Shown here one piece after another: positions 12,223 to 28,612 of a stretch of DNA of 64,000 bases (the stretch's first letter is position 1; every line of letters starts with the position of its first letter). The notes beneath the pieces were generated by a model that saw only the letters and a program-made list of their open reading frames with translations, was not told where the DNA came from and did no database searches. The position numbers and the translations under genes are program-made. This stretch comes from Tubiluchus corallicola (taxonomy: Eukaryota; Animalia; Priapulida). Location of the stretch: positions 17,654 through 81,653 of the forward strand of contig JAQGDQ010000906.1 in assembly GCA_030141605.1 (NCBI GenBank), in the 5' to 3' direction.

Positions 12223-13294
12223 ATCATTGTGCATCGACGATAGAGGAGATTACAGAGGGCACTGTTGTTGATGTTGAAATGTCACCTGTAGCCTCTTTTG
12301 CATCTACAGCCTCCCATGTTTTTTTATAATCACTAGCTGCGTCATTTATGCCATTAATAATAACGTCATCTGCAAGCTTATGGTTTTTTTGGTTAAACTT
12401 AACGAGCCTTTAATTAAATAATTTAACGATAATTTTTTTGGCCCACCTGTATAATGACTTTATGATTACCATCGTTATTTGAATAATTATTTCACTTGTT
12501 TCTGATATTATTGTGTTACAGATACATTTTTTGTTAAATTTGTATTTTTGTATACCTGTGTTTTTCTTCACCGGTGAATATACTTCGATATTATTCTGAT
12601 ATTTACTCATTATAGTACGTACAATTCGTTTATTATTAGGCCTATGTTTGCTTCAAATTACCATCAATCACGTTAATAAACTATTATTATATTTGAACAA
12701 AATCAGCGTGTTGCAATAGTTTCTTCACTACAGGCAACTATATAATATACAATTTATTTATTAAAATGCAAACAAGAACTGCACCACTACTGAAAAAAGA
12801 AAAATCTTAAATCTTCATTAGCGATAAATAGAGCTCGAGAATTCAGTTTCTATACATGGAAAACATGTTAAAAAATTGTCTCATAACTCGCACAATTAGA
12901 AAATGAAATGTAGTGCCTCTAACTAGCACTAGATGGCGAAAGTGACCATGTAGAACCAAATCAGAAAAGGTAAACAAAAGGTCTTTAGTTAGCACTAGAG
13001 TGAAAGAATTATTACCACACAAACACAATTTCGCGTTCGCGCCACTAGTTCTGTCCTGTTACATGCATTTCACCATTCGCTAACTAGACGGGCACTAGCG
13101 AATGCATTACGGAAACGCATTGCACAAAAACAATTGCTGTACCTCTCAGTTCAGATGTGTTAGTTTGTGACGAACTACACACGTTCGTCAGGTAATGCAT
13201 GAGCACAGCAGTGAATTTGAAATTCCATAAAATTTAATAAAATATTTAACCTATTATTTATTTATCTGAAACGCTTTTGCAGCATTAATTGTAT

Positions 13295-13663
<369 letters not shown>

Positions 13664-14444
13664 CTCTAGTAACCTTATTAATATTATTATGTATATAGTT
13701 GTAAAGCTTTGTGATGCAAATCAGACAAATAAAAAACTATTGAATTGAATTGAATTGAATTACCATCATGCTCTCTAGGAAAGAATTCCACATTTAAGAA
13801 GCCCTGAAAAGAACGATTTTATTAACATTGTCCACATTTTCTAATGACGCCATCACCATGACGTCACAATCTTACAAGACAAGCATCATGGGCGCTTGTC
13901 GATGATATATTAGAGTTGGCATTTCGAGGTATGTGGATCTTAGTCAACTGTCGCCATCTTTTGGCCACCCAAGAAATCACTACAGGCAGTGATTTTACTA
14001 ACACGTAGTGTGCGAATTATCACAAAAAATTTAATTTTTTTAACTTGAAAAGCTTACAAAATTTTGGAACGAAGTTTTTGCACTGAAGATTATTACAACG
14101 TTTTTGTAAATAATAAAGTTTATAGATTTTATTATTGCCGTAGAAGAATAAGGAAAAACATGTGATTACAAGACGTCTAAAAACTTTAAAAAATATACAG
14201 GTGATAATTATGATGATTTTTATTATTTGTGTGTGTGTGTGTGTGTGCGTGTGCGTGTGCGTGCGTGCGTGTGTATTCTATAGACCAGTATAGACGACAC
14301 AATCTTTCCACAATCCCAGCATTAATCTTTAAACTTTAAACTAAATTTGAATCTCCTTAGTAAGCTTTGCATGCGTTCTCTGTGCAAATAGCAATTTTCA
14401 GTTTCATGTATGTAAATAGGTACATGTTGATCTTAGCACCGGGG

Positions 14445-16665
14445 CGGATAGTGTATACGACCGACCGCCAGAGGGCTTCCTGTAGTGCATGAACGGATAG
14501 TGTACACGACCGACCACCAGAGGGCTTCCTGTAGTGCATGAACGGATAGTGTACATGACCGACCGCTAGGGGGCTTCCTGTAGTGCATGAACGGATAGTG
14601 TACATGACCGACCACTAGGGGGCTTCCTGTAGTGCATGAACGGATAGTGTACATGACCGGCCACTTGAGGGCTTCCTGTAGTGCATGAACGGATAGTTTA
14701 CATGACCGATCGCCAGAGGGCTTCCTGTAGTGCATGAACGGATAGTGTACATGACCGACCGCCAGGGGGCTTCCTGTAGTGCATGAACGGATAGTGTACA
14801 TGACCGACCGCTAGGGGGCTTCCTGTAGTGCATGAACGGATAGTGTACATGACCGGCCACTAGAGGGCTTCCTGTAGTGCATGAACGGATAGTTTACATG
14901 ATCGACCACTAGGGGGCTTCCTGCAGTGCATGAACGGATAGTGTACATGATCGACCGCTAGAGGGCTTCCTGTAGTGCATGAACGGATAGTTTACATGAC
15001 CGACCGCCAGAGGGCTTCCTGTAGTGCATGAACAGATAGTGTACATGACCGACCGCTAGGGGGCTTCCTGTAGTGCATGAACGGATAGTGTACATGACCG
15101 GCCACCAGGGGGCTTCCTGTAGTGCATGAACGGATAGTGTACATGACTGACCGCCAGGTCCGCTAGGGGGCTTCCTGTAGTGCATGAACGGATAGTGTAC
15201 ATGACCGACAGCCAGGTCCGCTAGGGGGCTTCCTGTAGTGCATGAACGGATAGTGTACATGACCGACCGCTAGGGGGCTTCCTGTAGTGCATGAACGGAT
15301 AGTGTACATGACCGGCCGCTAGGGGGCTTCCTGTAGTGCATGAACGGATAGTGTACATGACCGACCGCTAGGGGGCTTCCTGTAGTGCATGAATGGATAG
15401 TGTACATGACCGACCGCTAGGGGGCTTCCTGTAGTGCATGAACGGATAGTGTACATGACCGACCGCTAGGGGGCTTCCTGTAGTGCATGAACGGATAGTG
15501 TACATGACCGATCACCTGAGGGCTTCCTGTAGTGCATGAACGGATAGTGTACATGACCGGCCGCCAGAGGGCTTCCTGTAGTGCATGAACGGATAGTTTA
15601 CATGATCGACCACTAGGGGGCTTCCTGTAGTGCATGAACGGATAGTGTACATGACCGGCCACTAGAGGGCTTCCTGTAGTGCATGAACGGATAGTGTACA
15701 TGACCGATCACCAGAGGGCTTCCTGTAGTGCATGAACGGATAGTTTACATGACCGGCCGCCAGAGGGCTTCCTGTAGTGCATGAACGGATAGTGTACATG
15801 ACCGACCACTAGGGGGCTTCCTGTAGTGCATGAACGGATAGTGTACATGACCGACCGCTAGGGGGCTTCCTGTAGTGCATGAACGGATAATGTACATGAC
15901 CAACCGCCAGAGGGCTTCCTGTAGTGCATGAACGGATAGTGTACATGACCGACCGCTAGGGGGCTTCCTGTAGTGCATGAACGGATAGTGTACATGACCG
16001 GCCGCCAGAGGGCTTCCTGTAGTGCATGAACGGATAGTGTACATGACCGGCCACCAGAGGGCTTCCTGTAGTGCATGAACGGATAGTGTACATGACCGGC
16101 CACTAGAGGGCTTCCTGTAGTGCATGAACGGATAGTGTACATGACCGACCACCAGAGGGCTTCCTGTAGTGCATGAACGGATAGTGTACATGACCGACCG
16201 CTAGGGGGCTTCCTGTAGTGCATGAACGGATAGTGTACATGACTGACCGCCAGAGGGCTTCCTGTAGTGCATGAACGGATAGTGTTCATGACCGACCACC
16301 AGAGGGCTTCCTGGAGTGCATGAACGGATAGTGTACATGACCGGCCACCAGAGGGCTTCCTGTAGTGCATGAACGGATAGTGTACATGACCGACCACCAG
16401 AGGGCTTCCTGTAGTGCATGAACGGATAGTGTACATGACCGGCCGCTAGGGGGGCTTCCTGTAGTGCACGAACGGATAGTGTACATGACCGGCCGCCAGG
16501 GGGCTTCCTGTAGTGCATGAACGGATAGTGTACATGACCGGCCGCTAGGGGGCTTCCTGTAGTGCATGAACGGATAGTGTACATGACCGACCGTCAGGGG
16601 GCTTCCTGTAGTGCATGAACGGATAGTGTACATGACCGACCGTCAGAGGGCTTCCTGTAGTGCAT
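14445..16665. repeat. 49-bp minisatellite, ~45 copies
   Basis: Unit GGGCTTCCTGTAGTGCATGAACGGATAGTGTACATGACCGACCGCCAGA. Confidence 0.98.
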
Positions 16666-16977
16666 GGCTTCAGGTATCACAGCGACACATCTCTCTCTTA
16701 CTTTCGATTTCCCCAAGGTGGCGCGGATTGGCCTAGCTTTTACTGCCCGGAGGGGTCGCCACTTGTGCCTGGTATTCGTGCATCCGTAGGCGTACGGGAT
16801 GAAGTTCAACAAGAGGGGCAGAAGGAATTTTCCCTGAAAATTGCCCTGGCCTACAAGGTTTCCATGTAAGAGCAAACAGCTGATTACTTACTTACATAGG
16901 AGGTAGACTGACAAGTGTATTTATAGGCCTACTCAAGAGATTTGGCTTTGGATGAAGAGAGGCACACAACTTGTTCA

Positions 16978-17140
16978 TAATAATAATAACATTAATAATA
17001 ACAATAATAATAATAATAGTAGTAGTAGTAGTAGTAATAATAATAATAATAATAATAAAACAAAAATAATGATAATAATAATAACAATAATAATAATAGT
17101 AGTAATAGTAATAGTAATAATAATCATAATAATAGTAGTA

Positions 17141-17214
<74 letters not shown>

Positions 17215-17251
17215 CATCATCATCATCATAATCATAATCATAATAATAATA

Positions 17252-17333
<82 letters not shown>
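16978..17333. repeat. (AAT)n microsatellite split by the Helitron array (continues at 19689-19872)
   Basis: Directly visible on both sides of the Helitrons. Confidence 0.95.
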
Positions 17334-19810
<2,477 letters not shown>

Positions 19811-20689
19811 TTAATCATAATAATAATAATAATAATAATAATCATAATCATAATAAAAGTAGTAGTAATAATACTAGGATGGCGCGACGAATGCGCATAA
19901 TGTTTTCATGAAAAGGAAAAATTGAAGTACAGTGCTACTGTATATCATTCAGTGTGAAAATGACATCTGAAAACTTGACTAATTTTAAGTTTATAATTCA
20001 AGATTCAAGTTTACAGCTGTACTCACACCTGAGCTAACATGTGCACCACGTCACACCTGAACACATTTTAACTAAGTGGTACAGCACCGCTTTTTGTGCA
20101 AGAGGTTTAACTGCGAAGAACTTGTGGTGCGAATGCAATTTCAACTCTGTGCTAATAATTCTTTCACTAAGCCGTTCTTGAAAAAATAGTATTTTCCTTT
20201 CAACTTTCATAGTTTACATTGTTTTGAGGTGTAGGATCCTCAGCCAGTTTAACCCCGTTTCACGAATAAAATAAAATGATTTTAATAATAATATATCTCT
20301 TCAATTCAATTTCATTTCTTGCTTTAAATTTAAAAAAAGTTCTGATTATATTTGAAAGATACTTGAACTTATTCTAATTTCAAATAAAATTGGGACAAGA
20401 TGCTGAGTTACACATGATACTAGACAAAGTGAAGAGTTATTTTTCTTAGTTGGTGTCATAAGTTTATAAACCAAGTTAATAAAGAGTGTACAGTTAGTTG
20501 TTTGTATAAGGCTAGGCAGCGTTGACAATATAAAATTACGACTGTATGTTTACCTTTAATGATTGTAGAGCATAAAACTGATAAAAAGGACAAAGTGCAA
20601 ATTATTTCATCTCGTGTCTGTAGTTACACCAGCCATTTATACAAGTTCTCGATCAGCAGAGAGGTCAGAAAATTCTAGTAGCAAAAGAA

Positions 20690-21958
20690 ATGGCATCTTC
20701 ATTAGACGAGCCGCAAACTCCAGCTGAAAGGGTTGATGCGATGGGCGACTGGAACGAGAGATACGATTATGTTTTTGGTAACGAAGATTTCCAGGAATTA
20801 TGTGATGCAACTTTTTCAGTTGGTGAAATCATCATTAACGCTAGTCGGTACGTACTTGCACTCAGAAGTGACGTTTTTAAGAGGATGCTGTTTGGGCCGC
20901 TGTGTCATAAACTTGGTGATGTCATACCAATAACCGACGTTGAACCTGAAGGGTTCCTGCTGCTTTTGAGGTTTATTTATACTGACAAAGCTGAAATAAC
21001 TGGTGATAATGTTCTTCAAGTACTTTACACAGCTAGAAAATACAACTTTCGTGAACTTGAAAAAATGGCTGCTGATTTCCTTAAATCTGAAATCACAACT
21101 GACAACGTCTGTACCATTCTGACAGCTGCTTGTTTCTATGAAAGCCGAGATGTAGAGATGAAGTGTCTGGAGGTCATTAGTGTCGAGACAGAAAGAGTTA
21201 TAGGGTCCGACAGTTTTACTTCCTTGAGCTACGACAGCTTATTGAGGATTGTCAAACTTGATGAACTGACAATTAGTGAAGAGGGGAAACTATTTGATGC
21301 AGTTTTAAGATGGGCTGATGCTGAATGCAAGCGAAAGAAACTAGAGCAAAATGTGTTCAACAAGAGAACAGTCTTATGTGACATCTTGTTTCAAATCAGA
21401 TTTCCCACAATGGATCCAGAGTTATTCATCAAAGGACCGGTAGCAACTGGAATATTAAATGCCGAGGAGCAAGCAAATGTTTTAATCAATCATCATCAAG
21501 AAGAGGCATCAGAATCAATATTTCCAAAAACGCAGAGAAACTACGGCGCAGAAGTTGTGTCAGTCATGTGTGCTGTACCTGTTAAGAAAATTGACAATTT
21601 AAAAATTGGAGGATTTTATAACATTGGTGATGCTGATAACCTTGTCATTCGTCTTATCAGAAGTTATGATGGAATCTGCTCCAATGCTGGAGATAACCGT
21701 GGTGAAAACTGTTACTTGGATTTACAAGTTGATCCCTCTTGCTCTTCTACTTTGCGTAGCATTTGTAAGAACAGTTACATTGAAGTGATTAACAATAATC
21801 CACAAAGGTCACTCAAAACTATTCTAAATAAAGATACAGAGGAATGGCCCTGGGACGCAAGAAACATTGCACAGTTTAGAACCGTCATGGACCCTGCTTC
21901 CGGGTTTATTAATGATGGAAAAATTCGCATAAAAGTTGTGACGCTGCTTAGAAAATGA
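20690..21958 (+). CDS. BTB/POZ-BACK protein with a MATH-like C-terminal domain, copy 2
   Basis: Intact 422-aa tandem paralog of 10386-11690. A possible acceptor TCTCGTGTCTGTAG at 20623 is in frame with the ATG. Confidence 0.9.
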   Translation: MASSLDEPQTPAERVDAMGDWNERYDYVFGNEDFQELCDATFSVGEIIINASRYVLALRSDVFKRMLFGPLCHKLGDVIPITDVEPEGFLLLLRFIYTDKAEITGDNVLQVLYTARKYNFRELEKMAADFLKSEITTDNVCTILTAACFYESRDVEMKCLEVISVETERVIGSDSFTSLSYDSLLRIVKLDELTISEEGKLFDAVLRWADAECKRKKLEQNVFNKRTVLCDILFQIRFPTMDPELFIKGPVATGILNAEEQANVLINHHQEEASESIFPKTQRNYGAEVVSVMCAVPVKKIDNLKIGGFYNIGDADNLVIRLIRSYDGICSNAGDNRGENCYLDLQVDPSCSSTLRSICKNSYIEVINNNPQRSLKTILNKDTEEWPWDARNIAQFRTVMDPASGFINDGKIRIKVVTLLRK

Positions 21959-23384
21959 ATTGAAAGGAAAATCATTTCTTGAAACTGATGCTTTCACGAT
22001 TACGATTGATTGTTTATAGACCAATAAATATTTGCACGTTGCCGCCCATTTTGAAGAAGTAAGTCGGTTTGTCATGATTGATTATGATCAGCATAACAAT
22101 GTCACGTACAAGCTGTATCGTGTGATTTGGCATTCGTAAATCTCCTTGTTCTTCAACATTTTTTCATTCAAGATTTTGGTCAACTTATAGCCAACACAGA
22201 GAAAATACCAGAACTAATCGAGTTGCTTTTTAGGTCTAGGTACATCGTATAGTATACAATTATTGTGTTTTTTAGGCCTAGGTACATCGTATAGTATACA
22301 ATAATTGTGGTTTTTTAGGCCTAGGTACATCGTATATTATACAATAATTGTTTTTTAGGCCTAGGTACATCGTATAGTATACGATAATTGTGTTTTTTAG
22401 GACTAGGTACATCGTATAGTATACAATAATTGTGTTTTTTAGGCCTAGGTACATCGTATAGTATACAATAATTGTATTTTTTTCGCCTACGTACACCGTA
22501 TAGTATACAATAATTGTGGTTTTTTTCGTCATTGTGCATCGACGATAGAGGAAATTACAGAGGGCACTGTTGTTGATGTTGAATAGTCACGTGTAGCCTC
22601 TTTTGCAGCTACAACCTCCCATGTTTTTTTTATAATCACTAGCTGCGTCATTTATGCCATTAATAATGACGTCATCTGCAAGCTTGTGGTTTTTTTGGTT
22701 AAAGTTAACGAGCCTTTTATTAAATAATTTAACGATAATTTTTTTGGCCCACCTGTATATTGACTTTACGATTACCATCGTTATTTGAATAATTATTTCA
22801 CTTGTTTCTGATATTATTGTGTTACAGATACATTTTTTGTTAAATTTTTATTTTTGTATACCTGTGTTTTTCTTCACCGGTGTATATACTTCGATATTAT
22901 TCTGATATTTACTCATTATAGTACGTACAAGTCGTTTATTATTAGGCCTATGTTTGCTTCAAATTACCATCAATCACTTTTTCATATTTCGTTTTTCTTA
23001 CGCACTTATTCCACTGATGTATTGTTTAATTCTTTGTCTTACTTTTTGTTATTCGTATTTAATCAGTGGGCAGCACATGCTATTCATACTTGAATTTCTG
23101 CTGACATTTGAATGTAAGTATTTCCTTAATTAATAGATCATGTTTTTGTTAATAAACTATTATTATATTTGAAAAAAATCAGCGTGTTGCAATAGTTTCT
23201 TCACGACAGGCAACTATATAATATATAATTTATTTATTAAAATGCAAACAAGAGCTGGACCACTACTGAAAAAAGAAAGATCTTAAATCATGATTAGCGA
23301 TAAATTGAGCTCGAGAATTCAGTTTCTATACACGGAAAACTTTAAAAAATTGTCTCATAACTCGTACAATTAGAAAATGAAATG

Positions 23385-24600
23385 TAGTGTCTCTAACTAA
23401 CACTAGATGGCGAAAGTGACAATGTAGAACCAAATCTGAAAAGACAAACAAATTAGGAAAAAACTTTGCTGTGTCTACTGTACTTTACTCTCATAAATTA
23501 AAATTAATGCAAACTATTAAATATGAAAGTGTCTCTAACTAACGCTAGATGGCGAAAATGACAATGTAGAACCAAATCTGAGAAGGCAAACAAATTAGGA
23601 AAAACTGTGCTGTGTATACTGTACTTTACTCTCATAAATTAAAATTATTGTAAACTATTAAATACGAAAGTGTCTCTAACTAACGCTAGATGGCGAAAGT
23701 GACAATGTAGAACCAAATCTGAGAAGGCAAACAAATTAGGAAAAACTGTGCTGTGTCTACTGTACTTTACTCTCATAAATTGAAATTAATGTAAACTATT
23801 AAATATGAAAGTGTCTCTAACTAACGCTAGATGGCGAAAATGACAATGTAGAACCAAATCTGAGAAGGCAAACAAATTAGGAAAAACTGTGCTGTGTCTA
23901 CTGTACTTTACTCTCATAAATTGAAATTAATGTAAACTATTAAATATGAAAGTGTCTCTAACTAACGCTAGATGGCGAAAGTGACAATGTAGAACCAAAT
24001 CTGAGAAGGCAAACAAATTAGGAAAAACTGTGCTGTGTCTACTGTACTTTACTCTCATAAATTGAAATTAATGTAAACTATTAAATACGAAAGTGTCTCT
24101 AACTAACGCTAGATGGCGAAAATGACAATGTAGAACCAAATCTGAGAAGGCAAACAAATTAGGAAAAACTGTGCTGTGTCTACTGTACTTTACTCTCATA
24201 AATTGAAATTAATGTAAACTATTAAATATGAAAGTGTCTCTAACTAGCACTAAATGAAATTTAATGTCTCTAATTAGCACCAGATGGCGAAAGTGATCAT
24301 GTAGAACCAAATCTAAAAAGGTAAACAAAAAACGGGAAACGGAAAAAACTGTGCAATTTATGAGAGTAGAGTACAGTAAAAACTACTAAATATGAAAGTG
24401 TCTCTAACTAGCACTAGATGGCGAAAGTGACCATGTAGAAAAGGAAAACGGAAAAAAGTATTAGAAAAGAACTGCGTTGTGTCTACTGTACTCTACTCCC
24501 ATAACTTGCACAATTAGAAAATGAAATTTAGTGTTTCTAACTAGCACTAGATGGCGAAAGTGAACATGTAGAACCAAATCAGAAAAGGTAAACAAAAGGT
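23385..24600. repeat. 141-bp minisatellite (~6 homogeneous plus diverged copies)
   Basis: GAAAGTGTCTCTAACTAACGCTAGATGGCGAAA recurs at 23525, 23666, 23807, 23948 and 24089. Confidence 0.92.
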
Positions 24601-24899
24601 CTTTAGTCAGCACTAGAGTGAAAGAATTATTACCACACAATTTCGCGTTCGCGCCTCTATTTCTGCCCTGTTACATGCATTTCATCATTCGCTAACTGGA
24701 CGCCTGTATTACGGAAACGCATTGCACGAAAACAATTGCTGTACCTCTCAGTTCAGATGTGTTAGTTTGTGATGAACTACACACGTTCGTCAGGTAATGC
24801 ATGAGCACAGCAGTGAATTTAAAATTCCATAAAATTTAATAAAATGTTTAACCTATTATTTATTTATCTGAAACGCTTTTGCAGCATTAATTGTATTAA

Positions 24900-25292
<393 letters not shown>

Positions 25293-25329
25293 AAGTTTAC
25301 TTATCATCATTACAACCAAAAGAAAAATT

Positions 25330-25518
25330 ACAAAATATAAATTTTTTTAAAAAGAATAAGCAAGACAGAACATACATTGACAAGCACTTTTACACTGTTA
25401 CAAGATACATGAACAAAATTAATTGAAATAAATCAAAACTCAAGCTTGGAAATTCAGTAAGCCATGTGGGATAAAACTGTTCATGAATCTCTCTGTTCTG
25501 CATCTAGGAAAGGGGGCG
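25330..25518 (-). mobile_element. LINE 3' remnant (CR1/L2 group)
   Basis: The minus strand reads PFPRCRTERFMNSFIPHGLLNF, matching the T.RF.NSFIP ORF2 terminus. Confidence 0.55.
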
Positions 25519-26419
25519 AATGGTATAATTGAGAGGCCCATTAGCAACCCACGACGGTGCACCACCTAATGCCGACACTCAAGACAAGAGAAAAGATGGA
25601 GGCGTTTTTATGCCGAGGCTAATGATCAGTGCTTAATGCCTCATCATTTTGTCTCAGTGAATTAGATTTTCGTCTTCTGCACCTAGTTTTATAAAACAGC
25701 TAGAGTTTGTGGACAAACACAGTTAGCAAACCACAAGCACTTATAGCAAGATGGTTAATCGAGTTTAGTACACCACAAGCACTTACAGCGCATTCGTTCA
25801 TTTAAACATTTTAGGCGGGAGGCGATCCAAAGTGTATCGTGTAGTTTAAAAACTTTGAAGATCTTCTACGTGTCGCGGTGGCCATTAACAGTAATTTTTA
25901 ATAGTATTTTAATAGATTTCACATCTATTACTGAAAATACTAATAAAACAAATATATACGGAATGGGTCTTATAAATTTTAATAAGCTTTAATTAATATG
26001 AAATAGGTAAACTTTTTTGCTGTTAATTACAGGATTGTTGAAGTATGAACTATGAATTTATTTTCACACATCAAAGTACAATATTGTACACATTAATAAA
26101 CAATAAATGAAATGAAATATGCAGGGAATAGATAGTTTTTAGATCACTGTTTGATGAAGTGGTGATGATGATGTTTGATGAAGTAGTGCAGTTTTCAGTT
26201 CTTTCCAATCCTAGTACTTATTCCAAATGATACAACGACATTGTTAAATACTGCTGTGCAGACAGCGACGGCAACGAAAGTAAAACTGATGATGATGATG
26301 ATGATGTTTGATGAAGTAGTGCAGTTTTCAGTTCTTTCCAATCCTAGTATTTATTCCAAATGATACAACGACATTGTTAAATACTGCTGTGCAGACAGCG
26401 ACGGCAACGAAAGTAAAAC

Positions 26420-26465
<46 letters not shown>

Positions 26466-26817
26466 AACATTTACATTAGCATTTTGGCCTTTCGTGAGCT
26501 ACAGCTGTAGTTGCACAAGATTTTACCCGTCTTTTGCACATCTCTGCCATATTGCTCTGTTTTCTTAGTGATTATGATTCTGAATTTCTTTTAAATTTCC
26601 TACTGTGACATTGGTGTTTATGAAGGATGCTTGGAGTACTTTTTCCTGTCTTGTAACTGTTAAGGGAAGACAGGATGATGTTTCATATACTATCCCCATT
26701 TTCAAGTCTGATAAGTTGCATACATTCTAACACGATTTATACTGCAAATACTTGCGTATGAGTATGTTCACACGAATTCAGTTCAGTTCCTTTCATTTCC
26801 GTTTCAGAAACATGAAA

Positions 26818-27078
26818 CATCATCATCATCATCATCATCATCATACGCCCGTCACGTCTATTGTAGACATTGGGCAGGCAGAATTCTAAAATAAAAGAAA
26901 TCTGCCTTCATCATCATCATCGTCGTCGTCATCATTATCATCATCATCATACGCCCGTCACGTCTATTGTAGACATTGGGCAGGCAGAATTCTAAAATAA
27001 AAGAAATCTGCCTTCATCATCATCATCATCATCATCATCATACGCCCGTCACGTCTATTGTAGACATTGGGCAGGCAC
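26818..27078. repeat. Triplicated (CAT)n-ACGCCCGTCACGTCTATTGTAGACATTGGGCAGGCA unit; dispersed copy at ~50055-50165
   Basis: Directly visible. Probably the 3' tail of a retroposon on the minus strand. Confidence 0.75.
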
Positions 27079-27674
27079 ATTTCTTCCATGACTCACAGTC
27101 CAAGGCCACGACTACGGAATGACAGTAGAAGCGATTAGCAAGGGACAATGCTGTCGATATTGTGAAAGCACCTGTAGAGTTCTTTAACCTTTCGTTACTA
27201 ACCACGCTGTAACGAGGTAAGTTTTGGCGTCCTTATTATGACGTCATGACGTTATTGGCAACGACGAAAGGTGGCGTTCTGAACAAACTGACTTGTTAGT
27301 CTCAAGTTTTTGATGTGGACTGGAAAGTAACTGTAGCACAAAATAATAATATTATTTCTGTCCTGCAGACATTTCATTGTCAAATTAACAAATTTTCGAG
27401 TTGAACAAACACGTCATCGGTACGTGTTACTCTAGGACATTTTTGTCGAAAGTTCAAGGGAGCGAAGCAACAAATTGCAATTTTCTGACCGTAGAGAAGC
27501 TCTAAATGGACTTAAAATATCAGTTACCTTGTTTCATGCATCAGATAATTTATATAATAACTTTATATAATAAATAATCCATCAATCATTAATTTATAAA
27601 TCATTAATAAATTTATTCCTTTGTTTATTTGTAATAAATAGCAAAAACAACAATTTAACAGAAGAAACGTAAAA

Positions 27675-27793
27675 AGCCTACAGCACCTGGTATTCCCAGG
27701 CGGTCACCCATCCAAGTACTAACCAGGCTCTACGTTGCTTAACTTCGGTGATCAGACGAGAACCGGTGTTTTCAACGTGATATGGCCGTAGAC
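27675..27793 (-). rRNA. 5S rRNA gene, solitary and full length
   Basis: GTCTACGGCCATATCACGTTGAAAACACCGGTTCTCGTC...AGTTAAGCAACG...GTACTTGGATGGGTGACCGCCTGGGAATACC...GTAGGCT, 119 nt. Internal control region intact, followed by an oligo-T Pol III terminator. Confidence 0.95.
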
Positions 27794-28061
27794 ATTTAAA
27801 GTATCTTATAACGTGTTTACATAGTAGAGCTCTGATAGCAAGGTTCGAGGCACCAAGAATTTTGCCACAGTGATACGTACCAGAAATGGAAAACCCGTGG
27901 GAAATATTTTATTACAAGCGAAGATATTTATTGACATCGTGTTTGTACAGACGATAAACTGAAATTACAAAACAACTAAACAAACGATCAGCAAAAAACA
28001 TTGAAACAGAGATTTACCAGGACAGACTGAATAGTTTTTCTGCGTTCATAGTATGAAGAAA

Positions 28062-28492
28062 CCGCATGCGCACTGGACACTCAGTAATTCATCGTAGCCT
28101 CATCTGCTCGAACATGTGCGTGGGGCCCCGCACACCGCATGCGCACTAGACACTCAGTAATTCATCGTAGCCTCATCTGCTCGAACATGTGCGTGGGCCC
28201 CCGCACACCGCATGCGCACTAGACACTCAGTAATTCATCGTAGCCTCATCTGCTCGATTATGTGCGTGGGGCCCCCGCACATCGCATCCGCACTGGACAC
28301 TCAGTAATTCATCGTAGCCTCATCTGCTCGATTATGTGCGTGAGGCCCCGCACACCGCATGCGCACTAGACTCTGAATAATTAATCATAGCACATCTGCT
28401 TGAGCATGTGCGTGGGGCCCCGCACACCGCATGCGCACTAGACTCTGAATAATTAATCATAGCACATCTGCTTGAGCATGTGCGTGGGGCCC
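28062..28492. repeat. ~73-bp GC-rich minisatellite, ~6 copies
   Basis: Unit CCGCATGCGCACTRGACACTCAGTAATTCATCGTAGCCTCATCTGCTCGA..ATGTGCGTGGGGCCCCGCACA. Confidence 0.93.
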
Positions 28493-28598
28493 AATTTGAA
28501 CAAACCTGTCATGGTTTATATCACTAACCAGATATATAAATGCACGTAAAACCGTTAACGAAACTCCAGGGACAACATGTGCCGCTCTGCGCCCTGCG

Positions 28599-28612
28599 GT
28601 TGCCATGGTGAC
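28599..28612. promoter_or_regulatory. RFX X-box-like motif GTTGCCATGGTGAC
   Basis: Close match to the GTTGCCATGGYAAC palindromic consensus in a GC-rich patch. No target gene identified. Confidence 0.3.

Noticed and set aside
14445-16665. CRISPR-like look of the 49-bp array (constant part plus variable part) and its many ORFs
   Set aside because: The variable 13 nt are point variants of one sequence, not unique spacers. The context is eukaryotic with no cas genes, and the ORFs are repeat artefacts.
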